64,000 nt of DNA from Candidatus Poribacteria bacterium (lineage in GTDB: Bacteria; Poribacteria; WGA-4E; PCPOR2b), in assembly GCA_965116925.1 (NCBI GenBank), contig OZ220744.1, positions 192,001-256,000 on the forward strand, written 5' to 3'. Positions 30,765-40,892 of this stretch are shown here, piece by piece; position 1 is the stretch's first letter, and every line of letters begins with the position of its first letter. The notes under the pieces were generated by a model. It worked only from the letters and a program-made list of their open reading frames with translations. It ran no database searches and was not told the DNA's origin. The translations under genes were made by a program, and so were the position numbers.

Positions 30765-32483
30765 TCACTTGGCTTCCTTCAGGTACTGATTCAATGCAAG
30801 CAGCGGAAAAACCACAGCGTAGATTGGATCCGCGTAACCGCCGATGATCTCCCAATAGATACCGACACAACTAGCATCCCATGAGCCCTCCGGACGCTGA
30901 CGACTAAGAAGAAACTCCAAGCCCTTTTGAGCAGTGGGACTCTCACGATCAGCGAGTAGTAGGGCATAGGTACACCAACCCGTCTGCTCAACCGTGCTAT
31001 CGGTCAGATTACCGAACATGTCTTCGCCCCAACCGCCATCACTGTTTTGGACCGACTCAAGCCAACGCACTCCACGCGCAATCGCCGGAGAGGCGCCTCT
31101 CCCTGCTTTGATCAGACCGATAATCGCACAAGCCGTTCCATACGTCCGTTTGGCAAGCCAAAGATCTGACCAATACCCCTCTTTGGAAATTTGATCTTCT
31201 AGCCACTGACAGGCTAGATCTATTTCCGCTTCCATCCCCGTTGCTTCACACCATGCTTCGATCGCGTGGGCGGTAAGACTCACACACCCGACATCACCCT
31301 GGCCCGGCAGATATGTGCTACAACTCCCGTCGGGACTTTGGTGTGCCTTCAACCAATGAAGCCCTCGCTGAATTGCGTCAGTACTGTCGGGTATCTTCGA
31401 CCGCAACAGCGCAAGTGTGGCTAACGCCGTGTCATCAGCGTCGCTCAGAAGGCTGCCGGTCCTGCCCATTGCCGAAAACGCCCAACCACCATCCGGATTC
31501 TGGTTGTCAATAAACCACCTGCCTGCGCGTTGAATGGTGTTATTCGCGTCTACATTGCCAATATCAATGAGCGTAAGTACGCTTAGCGCTGTGTCCCAAA
31601 TATTGAGATTTAACGCCTCTCGACAACCACCGTCTGGGTTCCGTGTCGATTGCAGCCATGCGATTCCGCCGTCGATTAACCTCTGAATCTCCTCTGATTG
31701 AGCAGGCTCCGTTGGTTCAGGGTTCAAAGTGGGTTCGTGGCCTGTTATATGCTTTTGAAGCTCGATGAGTGCTAACACCGACAACGCAGTGATATAATTC
31801 ACGCGAAACCAGCTATTATCAGAAAGTTTATGCTCTATGAGCCAACTGACCAATGAAGCAATCATCTCCGGACGTCGTGTGGTATTCAGTTCGATTAGGA
31901 TGAAGACTGGCACAAGCGTGTGTTGCTCCGCGATGAACAGTGCCTCAAAGGTTCGGGTGTTGAATAGGTCAACCGGTGGAAGGAGGTGGGTCGGCGGCTT
32001 GAGGAACGATTGCAGGAAGGGAAACCTTGTCAGCAGCTTTTTCGTCAGCGTCATCACGGGGAGCATACGTTTCGGCAATGCTAGCTTGTTCCAATCAAAG
32101 TCGCCGAAAGCTGCATAGGAAAGTTTAATCAAGGCAAGGTTCAGCGGATATGCAGGGATACGTGCGAGGACTCCAGCAAGTTGCGGGCTGGGTTGCCGTT
32201 GCCAAACCTGTTCTAAAATGAGTTGTGCAAACAGTGTCGCCTCTCGGTTTGGTTGATTGGCTGCATCAAGTCCCCATGTGCCGTCTGGATTCTGATGTTT
32301 AATTAACCAATCGATTAATCCATCATCCGGCAACTGATCTTGGGCAAAGAGCACCCAAGCATAGGCGCAAGTAGGGAAGGTACTTGAAGAGAGTTGCCCC
32401 TCAAAATTGCCCGCGGAATTTTGCTGCTGTCTTAAAAAAGCAGTTCCCCGATGCAACGCAGATTTTACTTCTTCTTTCGTCAT
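30765..32483 (-). CDS. Class II terpene cyclase (squalene-hopene-cyclase-like)
   Basis: DADDTA (DxDD), WDTAL, multiple QW repeats (QNPDGGW, QNSDGGWGE, QRPEGSW), ST.EQT.W. Confidence 0.85.
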   Translation of the reverse strand: MTKEEVKSALHRGTAFLRQQQNSAGNFEGQLSSSTFPTCAYAWVLFAQDQLPDDGLIDWLIKHQNPDGTWGLDAANQPNREATLFAQLILEQVWQRQPSPQLAGVLARIPAYPLNLALIKLSYAAFGDFDWNKLALPKRMLPVMTLTKKLLTRFPFLQSFLKPPTHLLPPVDLFNTRTFEALFIAEQHTLVPVFILIELNTTRRPEMIASLVSWLIEHKLSDNSWFRVNYITALSVLALIELQKHITGHEPTLNPEPTEPAQSEEIQRLIDGGIAWLQSTRNPDGGCREALNLNIWDTALSVLTLIDIGNVDANNTIQRAGRWFIDNQNPDGGWAFSAMGRTGSLLSDADDTALATLALLRSKIPDSTDAIQRGLHWLKAHQSPDGSCSTYLPGQGDVGCVSLTAHAIEAWCEATGMEAEIDLACQWLEDQISKEGYWSDLWLAKRTYGTACAIIGLIKAGRGASPAIARGVRWLESVQNSDGGWGEDMFGNLTDSTVEQTGWCTYALLLADRESPTAQKGLEFLLSRQRPEGSWDASCVGIYWEIIGGYADPIYAVVFPLLALNQYLKEAK

Positions 32484-32584
32484 GTGAGTCGCCGTCCGTC
32501 AGATCTGAATTGGTGGACATAGGTCAAGTTACCCCCACCGATATAGGGTTGTCAGTTTTGCAGAATAGGCTGAGTTGTTTGAAG

Positions 32585-34201
32585 TCAGTGTCCCACAAGA
32601 ATTGACTGTGAGTAACCCTTAAATTCCGTCCACACTTCCTCGATGATTAACTTGCACATTGCCGCAATCGGAACTGCCATTAGCAAACCGATTAAACCGA
32701 GTAACTGCTCACCGAGCAATACCACGACAATTGTTGTCACGGGCCCCAATTCAACACTTTTGCCTATTATCAATGGTGTAATAACCGCATTGTCGATGAT
32801 TTGTATCACAAGCGTCAGAATGATAACAGCTAGTAGACTCCAACCAGGTCCGAATCGAGTACCTAAAAAGACAACAATAATTGCAGGAATCGCCCCAATG
32901 AATGGGCCGATATACGGAATCAAATTCGCCAGTCCAGCGATAATCCCGATAAGAAGTGCAAACCGTAGGTCTAAAACCCAATATCCAATTGCGGCAATTA
33001 TTGAGATTATTATTGTCTGAATCAAACGACTACGCAGGTAATCGCCCAACTGACGATCAAGTGCCTGAATCAGCACCAAAGCCGGTTCAAAGAAACGATT
33101 CGGCACTATCTGAATCAGGGCTTTCTTCATCTGATCACCGCTATTAAGAAGAAAAAAGGTTAAAAATAGGATAATGACACCGGTTGTAAATGCTGAAAAC
33201 GCGCCTCTCGCAGAGCTACCAATTACATTGAAAATCGACTGAGATTGTCCAATCACAAATCCCAAAATTTTTTCTTGCACCTGTCCAACAAGAGCATTAA
33301 CCTGTTCGCGGTTGATTGTGTGAACAGGTTTTTGCTCAGAGATTCCCATCGAGGTTTCTAGGCTTTCAGTTCCCCCAAGATAGTTGATTACGGGGAGGCG
33401 AAAGGGCTTGGGAATTAGATTCAACGCTGTTGTGGCTGTATCAACAAGGTTTTCAAGATCGACAAGATGTGCAAGTGTTTTGTAAACTTTGAGTTGATTG
33501 TCTTCTTTCCTAATATCGTATATCCGGCGATTCCCGGTGTCGTTCAGTTTCCATCTGTTGCCTGTTTCTTCAACAACAATTGCTGCATTCTGAGAAAGCG
33601 TAACACCCTCTTCCTCAAACTTCTGTCGTAGATCCTCTGGAATTTCGCTCCGGTCGAAACTATCTTCAAACCCCGTACCCACGTTCAACACCACTTCACT
33701 GAACTTCCTTATCTGTCCGGTGATGCTATTAACAGTCACTGTTGAAAGGAAAGCAAAACTGCTGAGCATTAATAGCGTTATGATAATGACCACAAGGGTC
33801 CGGTTGATTCCCTTCTGCTCGATGAGATTTACAATTGGACTAAAAATGTAAGCAATCAGGAACGAGATCGCTACCAGTGCGAGGATATCCTTGAGCAGAT
33901 AGACAACACCAATAAAAATTGCGAGCGAAATCAATATTGTACCAAAGGCGATAACTTTCAGAGAGGCATTCGTTACCCGTGCTTGACGGGTCTGTTCGCG
34001 GCTTTCTCGGACGACCAACCGGATATCTGACGTCATTGTTTCAACATTTTGTTTCAACGGAATAATCGTCTCTCTGGCGAGCGTTGCCGTTTGGGCGTGT
34101 AACTGCTCCGTATTAATTTGACTGGGGGGATCAATCGTCTTAGAAGTCGTTTCTTCAGTGGGTGGGTGGGGCGGCGTATCGCGATTAGCAGAGCCGTTCA
34201 T
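32585..34201 (-). CDS. AI-2E family transporter with extra soluble segments
   Basis: AYIFSPIV, NLIPYIGP, QIIDNAVITP, GLLMAVP. Confidence 0.85.
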   Translation of the reverse strand: MNGSANRDTPPHPPTEETTSKTIDPPSQINTEQLHAQTATLARETIIPLKQNVETMTSDIRLVVRESREQTRQARVTNASLKVIAFGTILISLAIFIGVVYLLKDILALVAISFLIAYIFSPIVNLIEQKGINRTLVVIIITLLMLSSFAFLSTVTVNSITGQIRKFSEVVLNVGTGFEDSFDRSEIPEDLRQKFEEEGVTLSQNAAIVVEETGNRWKLNDTGNRRIYDIRKEDNQLKVYKTLAHLVDLENLVDTATTALNLIPKPFRLPVINYLGGTESLETSMGISEQKPVHTINREQVNALVGQVQEKILGFVIGQSQSIFNVIGSSARGAFSAFTTGVIILFLTFFLLNSGDQMKKALIQIVPNRFFEPALVLIQALDRQLGDYLRSRLIQTIIISIIAAIGYWVLDLRFALLIGIIAGLANLIPYIGPFIGAIPAIIVVFLGTRFGPGWSLLAVIILTLVIQIIDNAVITPLIIGKSVELGPVTTIVVVLLGEQLLGLIGLLMAVPIAAMCKLIIEEVWTEFKGYSQSILVGH

Positions 34202-34878
34202 TGGTTATCTTCCTCTCCGAAGGCTTCCGGGTTGATAGAATCCGGTGCTTCAAGCTCCAACCCTGATCCGCCAATGAAGGGTTTATTGGAGGCTACATCT
34301 TTATCTTCCTTGTTTGTGCTTGATGCTGCTGAGAGTTGTGCCTTCAAACGACCAATTTCTGCCTGTGCCTTTTCAAATTCACTGTGTATAAACCGAAAAC
34401 GTGCCGTGAGAATTTGACCTAACTTGAAGATGACTTTGGAGGCCAACCTTGGATTTGAGCTCATTAGCTCAAGTAGTTCTGGACGAAAAAAACCGATAAC
34501 ACTTGAGTCGAGAGTCGCTTTAACTGTGGCTGTCCGTGGAGAACTGTCCAACAACCCGACATCACCAAATAATTCGCTATTTTCTAAGGTTGTTAGGTGG
34601 AGGATTGTGCCATCTTCTAAGGCTTTGGTAACTTCTGCTTGGCCGTCCACCATGATATACATTCCTGCTGCGTTTTGCCCTTCGTGGATAATGACTTCCC
34701 CCACCCTATAATGTCGCTGGTAAGCGATTCGTGCGATGTTTTGAATTTCACGATGGCTCAATTCCTCAAAAACAGGGACTCCCTTGAGGACCTCAATAAT
34801 ACTCCGCTCAACCTTTGCTTTACTCTCTCTATCAAAGATCGCACCCCATGTCGCATCGGTCTGTTTCATTTTTGCCAT
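34198..34878 (-). CDS. Cyclic-nucleotide-binding domain protein without HTH
   Basis: VPVFEEL, IIHEG, FGDVGLL..SPRTAT; coiled-coil tail; 4-bp overlap with the AI-2E gene. Confidence 0.85.
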   Translation of the reverse strand: MAKMKQTDATWGAIFDRESKAKVERSIIEVLKGVPVFEELSHREIQNIARIAYQRHYRVGEVIIHEGQNAAGMYIMVDGQAEVTKALEDGTILHLTTLENSELFGDVGLLDSSPRTATVKATLDSSVIGFFRPELLELMSSNPRLASKVIFKLGQILTARFRFIHSEFEKAQAEIGRLKAQLSAASSTNKEDKDVASNKPFIGGSGLELEAPDSINPEAFGEEDNQ

Positions 34879-35079
34879 AATGGTTCCCCTTCTGCTATCT
34901 GTTTCCCTTATCCTATAAATTTTATTATACCTTGCAACCCCCTGTCAAGCAGAATACTCATTTGATAGGGCTATTTAGTTTTCCGTTTTTTGACTAATTT
35001 CGGAATGCCCCGAATCCGTAGGCGGGGCATCTGGTCTCTCCGCCGTAGCCTTGACCGGGAGATCGAACTACAAGAGAAT

Positions 35080-35181
35080 TATAGTGAATTCAAAAAATAA
35101 ATAGATACTTTTGCCCCCCGGTAGGTGCAGTTTGCAACCGCACCGATTTGGCGTGTCCCATTAATTCTAAGATTCACTATA
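35080..35181 (+). mobile_element. MITE family 1 copy (102 nt)
   Basis: TATAGTGAAT...ATTCACTATA perfect 10-bp TIR; internal GTAGGTGCAGTTTGCAACCGCACC. Confidence 0.85.
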
Positions 35182-35359
35182 AATGACTCTATCATTTGGG
35201 ATAAATGGGTTTGCTAGACTAACACGATTATTATTGAACGCAAATGAGACAGCATTGTCCCTAATTATTGAGAGCAAATCTGGAAAAACTTCCATAGAAT
35301 TAGAGGACTGCCCCAAGGTTAAAGTAGAAAACCGGCATTGAATTGAGGAAATTAAAGAC

Positions 35360-35388
35360 TTGACAAAAAGTTGTATCTCCTTTAGAAT
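35360..35388 (+). promoter_or_regulatory. sigma70-type promoter for the first STAS gene
   Basis: TTGACA-N17-TAGAAT. Confidence 0.7.
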
Positions 35389-35661
35389 AAGAGATGTTTA
35401 GCGGAACAAAAAACTATACTCCGCGTCGGATAAAATTGCGCTTTTGAAGGCGACGCTCATCGCTTCGACGAGTGCTGTTCAGGTTCTAAAACCTGAATAA
35501 CATTTGAGGGCAGGTTTTGCGAAGTATCTCTGACGTTGAGAGTTTTGACTTTGTTTAATGAGGGGTTTCAAGCCTCAAGATAACAAGCAAAAAGCACAGT
35601 TTCTGGCGGCAGGCAGTAATATGACCATAATATTTGAGATTGAAACATAGGAGGAAAGCCA

Positions 35662-36012
35662 ATGGCTGTCGATATTCGTCAAAGAGATGATGTAGTCATC
35701 TTAAAACCCAAGGGCAAGGTTATTGGAAGAGCTGTTCGCGATCTCAGCACCGCGATTAACGAGGAAAACGCAAAGATTTCCGGTGTGCCGAAATTTGTAT
35801 TTGATTTTGCTGATGTTTCAATGATGGATAGTTCTGGACTCGGAACCCTGCTGGGAGCGCACGTATCCATTATGCAAAAAGGCGGTCGAGTTGCAGTTAT
35901 CAACGTCAGTGAGAAGAACGTCAAAAGCCTCATTATCAGGAGTCGATTAATCTCCACATTTGAACATTTCGGCAGTGAGGATGAAGCGATTGCTGCACTT
36001 GCTGATAAATAA
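35662..36012 (+). CDS. STAS anti-sigma-factor antagonist (RsbV/SpoIIAA-like)
   Basis: MMDSSGLG phosphoserine motif; AGGAGG RBS. Confidence 0.9.
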   Translation: MAVDIRQRDDVVILKPKGKVIGRAVRDLSTAINEENAKISGVPKFVFDFADVSMMDSSGLGTLLGAHVSIMQKGGRVAVINVSEKNVKSLIIRSRLISTFEHFGSEDEAIAALADK

Positions 36013-36333
36013 AAAAACACCTTCCTTACCCAGATAGATTTACTAGTGTAGCTTCTATCCAATCTCTCCATCCTCAATCTGTCAGGATTTGGGAGTTGGT
36101 GTCTCAAATTGAAAATAAGTCCAGAGAATTTATTGTCAGTGTGATAGTAAGTGCTTGATTGCTGGCGCTTTAACTCGCCGAGAGGAGCCCGGTTAAAGCG
36201 TCAGTTTCCCCTCAAGTATTATCTGTTATCTCGTTGACTGATACGGTTTTCAAAATAGGTAGGTATGTTTCCGTGTGAAAGACTCAGGTTCTTTCGTCTA
36301 GGTGAGCGGCTACATCAAATATGAGGCATTTGA

Positions 36334-38157
36334 ATGCAGACTGATTTAGCTGAACAAGACATGCAGCGACTAATTCTGGGTCTGTCTGAGATTGAAGCGG
36401 TTAGTAAAGCCATCGTTTCTGGGCAAAGCAACTTTGATGCATCGAGCCAAGCCTATCTGCGAATGGTCCTCAAAACGTTGCAGGCATCCACGGGGGCTAT
36501 ATTGCGCTTCAATTCCCTAGAGGGTTTGCTTGCCATCGAAACATCAATTAATATCGCAGACCAGTCTGCCTATGAAGCGTTAATCATTCCGATTATACCT
36601 GATGAAATTGGTATCATGCTTCAGTGTTCTCCTTTTGATGTGTCCCAGCCTCCTTCCCCTCTAAAATCGTTCTTGAATAAAATTCAGCCACAGCTGCGAG
36701 TTCTAAATACAACCTTCTGGGCACCGTTAAAAATTCACGGAGAATTTCTCGGTGTTATCAGCCTTGGCGAATTTGCGGCTGACTTCAAAGATGCAAGGTG
36801 GATGCCAGATCTACTAAATATCCTCGCCGACCATATCTCAATTGCGATTATACATTCCCGATCTCAAGAGGATATGCGCGCCGCCAAATTTCGCCTCTTT
36901 ATGCTTTCTGACATAACTGCCCAAATTGCTAAATTGCTCGACACACAACAGCTAGAAGAAGAGGTTGTCAATCATGCTGTAAGCCTGCTAGACGCCAAAG
37001 CGGGTTGTCTGATGCTTATTAATACAGCTACACGGCAACTTGAAACCAAAAATCGTTTCGTGCATAATTTACAACTTCCCTCTGACCCGCACGATTTTTC
37101 GATTCCTTTAGAATCTAATCGAGAGATACACCCTACACTGTCTATGTTTCGTGAAGTGGCGACGGAAGGGAGAATGCAGATTCATAACGACCAAGAAACC
37201 GCTATGTTGTTTGGTGAAAAGAATCTGATAGCAGTTCCAGTTTTTGGACGTGAAATTTTGGGAATACTCGCTGTTTTCACTAAAGAAGATCGAACCGGTA
37301 TCACACTAGAGTTTACCGATGAAGATGGAATTCTATTTGAAGCCTTCGCTACACAAGTTGGGGTGGCAATCGAAAATGCGAGGCTTTATCAAGAAGCTAT
37401 TGAGAAACGTCGATTACAGATGGAAATGGAAGAAGCAGCAAAAATTCAGGAAAATCTGCTGCCAAAAGCATCTCCAGAGATTCCAGGCTATGAAGTTAGT
37501 GGGCTGAGTATACCGCGTCAAGATGGTGTCGGGGGAGACTATTATGATTACATTCAGGAGCCAGATGGATCGTGGGGATTAGTCATTGCTGATGTTGCAG
37601 GCAAAGGCATGCAAGCAGCTTTGTTAATGGCAACGCTTCGTGCGGGCTTGCTTTCGGAGGTTGCTAAACACGCAGACCTGACGGCGAAGGCAATGGCACT
37701 GAATGCCCTTATCAGCGAGAGTAGCCCAATTGACAAATACGCAACACTTGTTTACGCGCGATTACACCCAGAAACAGGCAAACTTACTTCACTGAATGCG
37801 GGGCATAACTCTCCACTGATTGTACGGAAGGAGGGCAGCATACAAAGACTAGATGCAGGCGGCCTAATGATAGGTATGTATCCTGACCATCTGCTTCGTC
37901 AGATGTTAGAATATGAAGAGGAAACGGTTCAACTTTACAGCGGAGATATGGTGTTATTTTATACCGATGGGGTCACCGAAACGGAAAATATCCATGAAGA
38001 GATGTATGACGAAGAGCGATTAGAGGAACTTATAAAACAACTCCGCTACGCGAATGCCAACAAAATCTGTACAGAAATTTATAACGCAACACTAGCGTTC
38101 CAAGGCGAAGCCCAACGCTTTGACGATTTTACGTTGATAGTACTCAAGAAAAAATGA
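36334..38157 (+). CDS. GAF-GAF-PP2C (SpoIIE/RsbU-like) phosphatase
   Basis: AIENARLY, VGGDYYD, IADVAGKG, YTDGVTE, DDFT. Confidence 0.9.
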   Translation: MQTDLAEQDMQRLILGLSEIEAVSKAIVSGQSNFDASSQAYLRMVLKTLQASTGAILRFNSLEGLLAIETSINIADQSAYEALIIPIIPDEIGIMLQCSPFDVSQPPSPLKSFLNKIQPQLRVLNTTFWAPLKIHGEFLGVISLGEFAADFKDARWMPDLLNILADHISIAIIHSRSQEDMRAAKFRLFMLSDITAQIAKLLDTQQLEEEVVNHAVSLLDAKAGCLMLINTATRQLETKNRFVHNLQLPSDPHDFSIPLESNREIHPTLSMFREVATEGRMQIHNDQETAMLFGEKNLIAVPVFGREILGILAVFTKEDRTGITLEFTDEDGILFEAFATQVGVAIENARLYQEAIEKRRLQMEMEEAAKIQENLLPKASPEIPGYEVSGLSIPRQDGVGGDYYDYIQEPDGSWGLVIADVAGKGMQAALLMATLRAGLLSEVAKHADLTAKAMALNALISESSPIDKYATLVYARLHPETGKLTSLNAGHNSPLIVRKEGSIQRLDAGGLMIGMYPDHLLRQMLEYEEETVQLYSGDMVLFYTDGVTETENIHEEMYDEERLEELIKQLRYANANKICTEIYNATLAFQGEAQRFDDFTLIVLKKK

Positions 38158-38229
38158 CGCCACCCAAGGTGCCATATATCCGTATGATAATCTAAAGTCG
38201 AGACGGAAAAATGAAGGAGGGAAACCACC

Positions 38230-40878
38230 ATGACTATTCCTGCCGATACCATTGAGCGTGATCGCTTTTTTACCCTATCGCTGGATATGCTGTGTATCGC
38301 CGGTTTCGATGGTTACTTCAAGGAACTGAACCCAATGTGGGAAAAGACGCTCGGCTTTACAGTGGAGGAGCTTAAAACTAAGCCATTCATCGAGTTTGTT
38401 CACCCTGAAGACCAGGAATCGACAATTGCTGAAGCCCAGAAAATCATGACAACCGGTGAAGATGTCGTTTCCTTTGAAAATCGTTACTTGTGCAAAGACG
38501 GTTCGTATAAATGGCTCTTATGGAGTTCAACGGTATCCATGGAAGAGCAGTTGTATTATGCCGTTGCAAGAGACATTACCGAACGTAAGCTAGCAGAAGT
38601 CCACTATCGTGACCTATACGAAAACGCGCCAGATATGATGGCTGTCGTTGATCTGGTTACCGGAAACATTCTAGAGTGTAACCAAACCCTTGCAGATGTT
38701 ATCGGGCGCAGCAAAGAGGAGATTACAGGCAACTCTTTCTTGGATCTATATGCTTCCGAATCAATAGATGCTGCACAGCAAACGTCCCAAGCATTCGTCG
38801 AAACAGGTGAGGTTATCAGGCAGGAACGGACCCTGCGCCGGGCAGACGGCAGCACCGTTGACGTGCTGCTGCAAGCGACACCTATGCGTGACGCAACAGG
38901 CAGGATTGTCGCAAGTCGATCAACGTGGCGAGACGTGACCAAGCAAAAAGAAGCCGAAAGGGCGCTAGCTTCCCAAGAAGCACTCTATCGGACGCTCATC
39001 GAAGCAGCGCCACAGGTTATTTGGGTTGCAGACGCTGATGGTCAGGTTGCCCTTCTCAACAAAGCTTGGCATGAGTTTTCGGGACTCTCCGACGAGGAAT
39101 CATTAGGGACCCGGTGGGCAGAAGCGTTGCACCCGGAAGATCTTCCGGACGTACTCGCAAAATGGGAACGCGCATATACACATGGCGAGAGATATAGCGG
39201 CGAGTGTCGGTTTCGAGCTAAGGATGGCTCGTATAAAACTTTTATCTTTATCGGTACTCCTGTTCGGGACGATTCGGGGAAAATTATCAATTGGGTTGGT
39301 ATTAATACTAACATTGCGGATCGAGTACAGGCTGAAATCGCATTGCAGGAAGCCAAAGATGCCGCTGAGTACGCAAACCGCGCCAAGAGTGAATTTCTTG
39401 CCACCATGAGTCACGAACTCCGTACGCCGTTAAACGCAATTATCGGATTTTCCGAGATTTTGCGTGATGAAATCATAGGCACCATTAACGATGAGCAGAA
39501 AGAGTTAGTCCTCGACATCCATACCAGCGGAAATCATCTCCTTGCTATGATTAACGATATCCTTGATTTGTCAAAAATTGAGGCTGGTAAAATGGATCTG
39601 CAACTAGAGCAGTTCTCCGTTCAGGAAGCAGTGACAGAGGTCAATACTATCATTAATGCCCTTGCAAATAGGAAGCAAATCCAACTCACCCTCGAATTGG
39701 ATCGGGATGTCTGGATAGAAGCAGACAAGATCAAATTCAAGCAAATCCTCTATAATCTGCTTTCCAATGCCATCAAGTTCACCGATGAAGGTGGAAAAGT
39801 TACTACGAAGTTTGAAGTTTCTGATTCTGCGTTGCTGGGGAGTGTGACTGATACCGGTGTGGGCATCTCGCCACAGGATCGGGCAAAATTGTTTCAACCC
39901 TTCACACAACTCGACGCTTCAAGCACCCGTGCACATAGTGGAACTGGATTGGGATTAGCCTTGACCAATCGGCTAATTCAGTTACATGGAGGAAAGATTT
40001 GGGTTGACAGCGAGATAGACGAAGGAAGCACCTTTTCCTTCACGTTCCCGTTACACCAACAGGAACAAAAGGTTGAAGTCACTGCACCAGATGCCTCTAA
40101 TTCTGAAACTACCGTCGCTTCTAGTAGCAACCGCACCATCTTAGTTGCTGAGGATAACGCACAAGCCTCCCAACTTTTGGGAATTTACTTGACGGAAGCA
40201 GGGTATCAAGTAGAGTATGCCACAGATGGTGAAGAAGCCATCGCAAAAGCTGCTGGAATACAACCTTTCGCGATCACGCTTGACATTCTGCTACCGAAAA
40301 AGGATGGTTGGCAAGTGTTGAGAGAAATGAAGACGAAACCAAACTTGCAATCGATTCCGGTCATCATCATTTCGGTAACCGAAGAACGTCAACTAGCGTT
40401 TGGATTGGGAGCGGTGGACCATCTAGTCAAACCTATTGATAAAGAAGCACTTCTCACTTCGCTCCAATCTCTAAAACTGCCCAGCCGCGACGGTTCACCT
40501 CGTATCCTTGTTGTTGACGACGATCCGCAGACGGTGCGTCTGCTGTCCACTGTACTGACCAACGATGGGTATGAAGTCCTGAAGGTGTATGGGGGAAGCG
40601 AGGCGATTGAAACAGCAATTTCTCAATCGCCGGATCTAATTATTCTTGATATGATGATGCCTCAAGTGGATGGATTCCAAGTCATTCAGCATTTAACCGG
40701 TGATCCGCGAACCTGTGACATTCCTATTATTATCTGCACAGCGTTGGATCTCACTGACGAAGATCGAGATCGGCTCAACGGTCAGATTCAGTCAGTTATC
40801 CGAAAGACGGGCAACGTCAGAGAAGAACTGTTAGCCACAATCAAACGGATCGAACGTTTACGAACGCCAACTCAGTAA
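38230..40878 (+). CDS. Hybrid sensor histidine kinase (3 PAS-HisKA-HATPase-2 REC)
   Basis: MSHELRTPLN, NLLSNAIKF, DTGVG, GTGLGL, two receiver domains. Confidence 0.95.
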   Translation: MTIPADTIERDRFFTLSLDMLCIAGFDGYFKELNPMWEKTLGFTVEELKTKPFIEFVHPEDQESTIAEAQKIMTTGEDVVSFENRYLCKDGSYKWLLWSSTVSMEEQLYYAVARDITERKLAEVHYRDLYENAPDMMAVVDLVTGNILECNQTLADVIGRSKEEITGNSFLDLYASESIDAAQQTSQAFVETGEVIRQERTLRRADGSTVDVLLQATPMRDATGRIVASRSTWRDVTKQKEAERALASQEALYRTLIEAAPQVIWVADADGQVALLNKAWHEFSGLSDEESLGTRWAEALHPEDLPDVLAKWERAYTHGERYSGECRFRAKDGSYKTFIFIGTPVRDDSGKIINWVGINTNIADRVQAEIALQEAKDAAEYANRAKSEFLATMSHELRTPLNAIIGFSEILRDEIIGTINDEQKELVLDIHTSGNHLLAMINDILDLSKIEAGKMDLQLEQFSVQEAVTEVNTIINALANRKQIQLTLELDRDVWIEADKIKFKQILYNLLSNAIKFTDEGGKVTTKFEVSDSALLGSVTDTGVGISPQDRAKLFQPFTQLDASSTRAHSGTGLGLALTNRLIQLHGGKIWVDSEIDEGSTFSFTFPLHQQEQKVEVTAPDASNSETTVASSSNRTILVAEDNAQASQLLGIYLTEAGYQVEYATDGEEAIAKAAGIQPFAITLDILLPKKDGWQVLREMKTKPNLQSIPVIIISVTEERQLAFGLGAVDHLVKPIDKEALLTSLQSLKLPSRDGSPRILVVDDDPQTVRLLSTVLTNDGYEVLKVYGGSEAIETAISQSPDLIILDMMMPQVDGFQVIQHLTGDPRTCDIPIIICTALDLTDEDRDRLNGQIQSVIRKTGNVREELLATIKRIERLRTPTQ

Positions 40879-40892
40879 GCGGAGACACGCTC

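Noticed and set aside
35330..35348. Possible sigma54 site CGGCATTGAATTGA
   Set aside because: GG-N10-GC spacing not met
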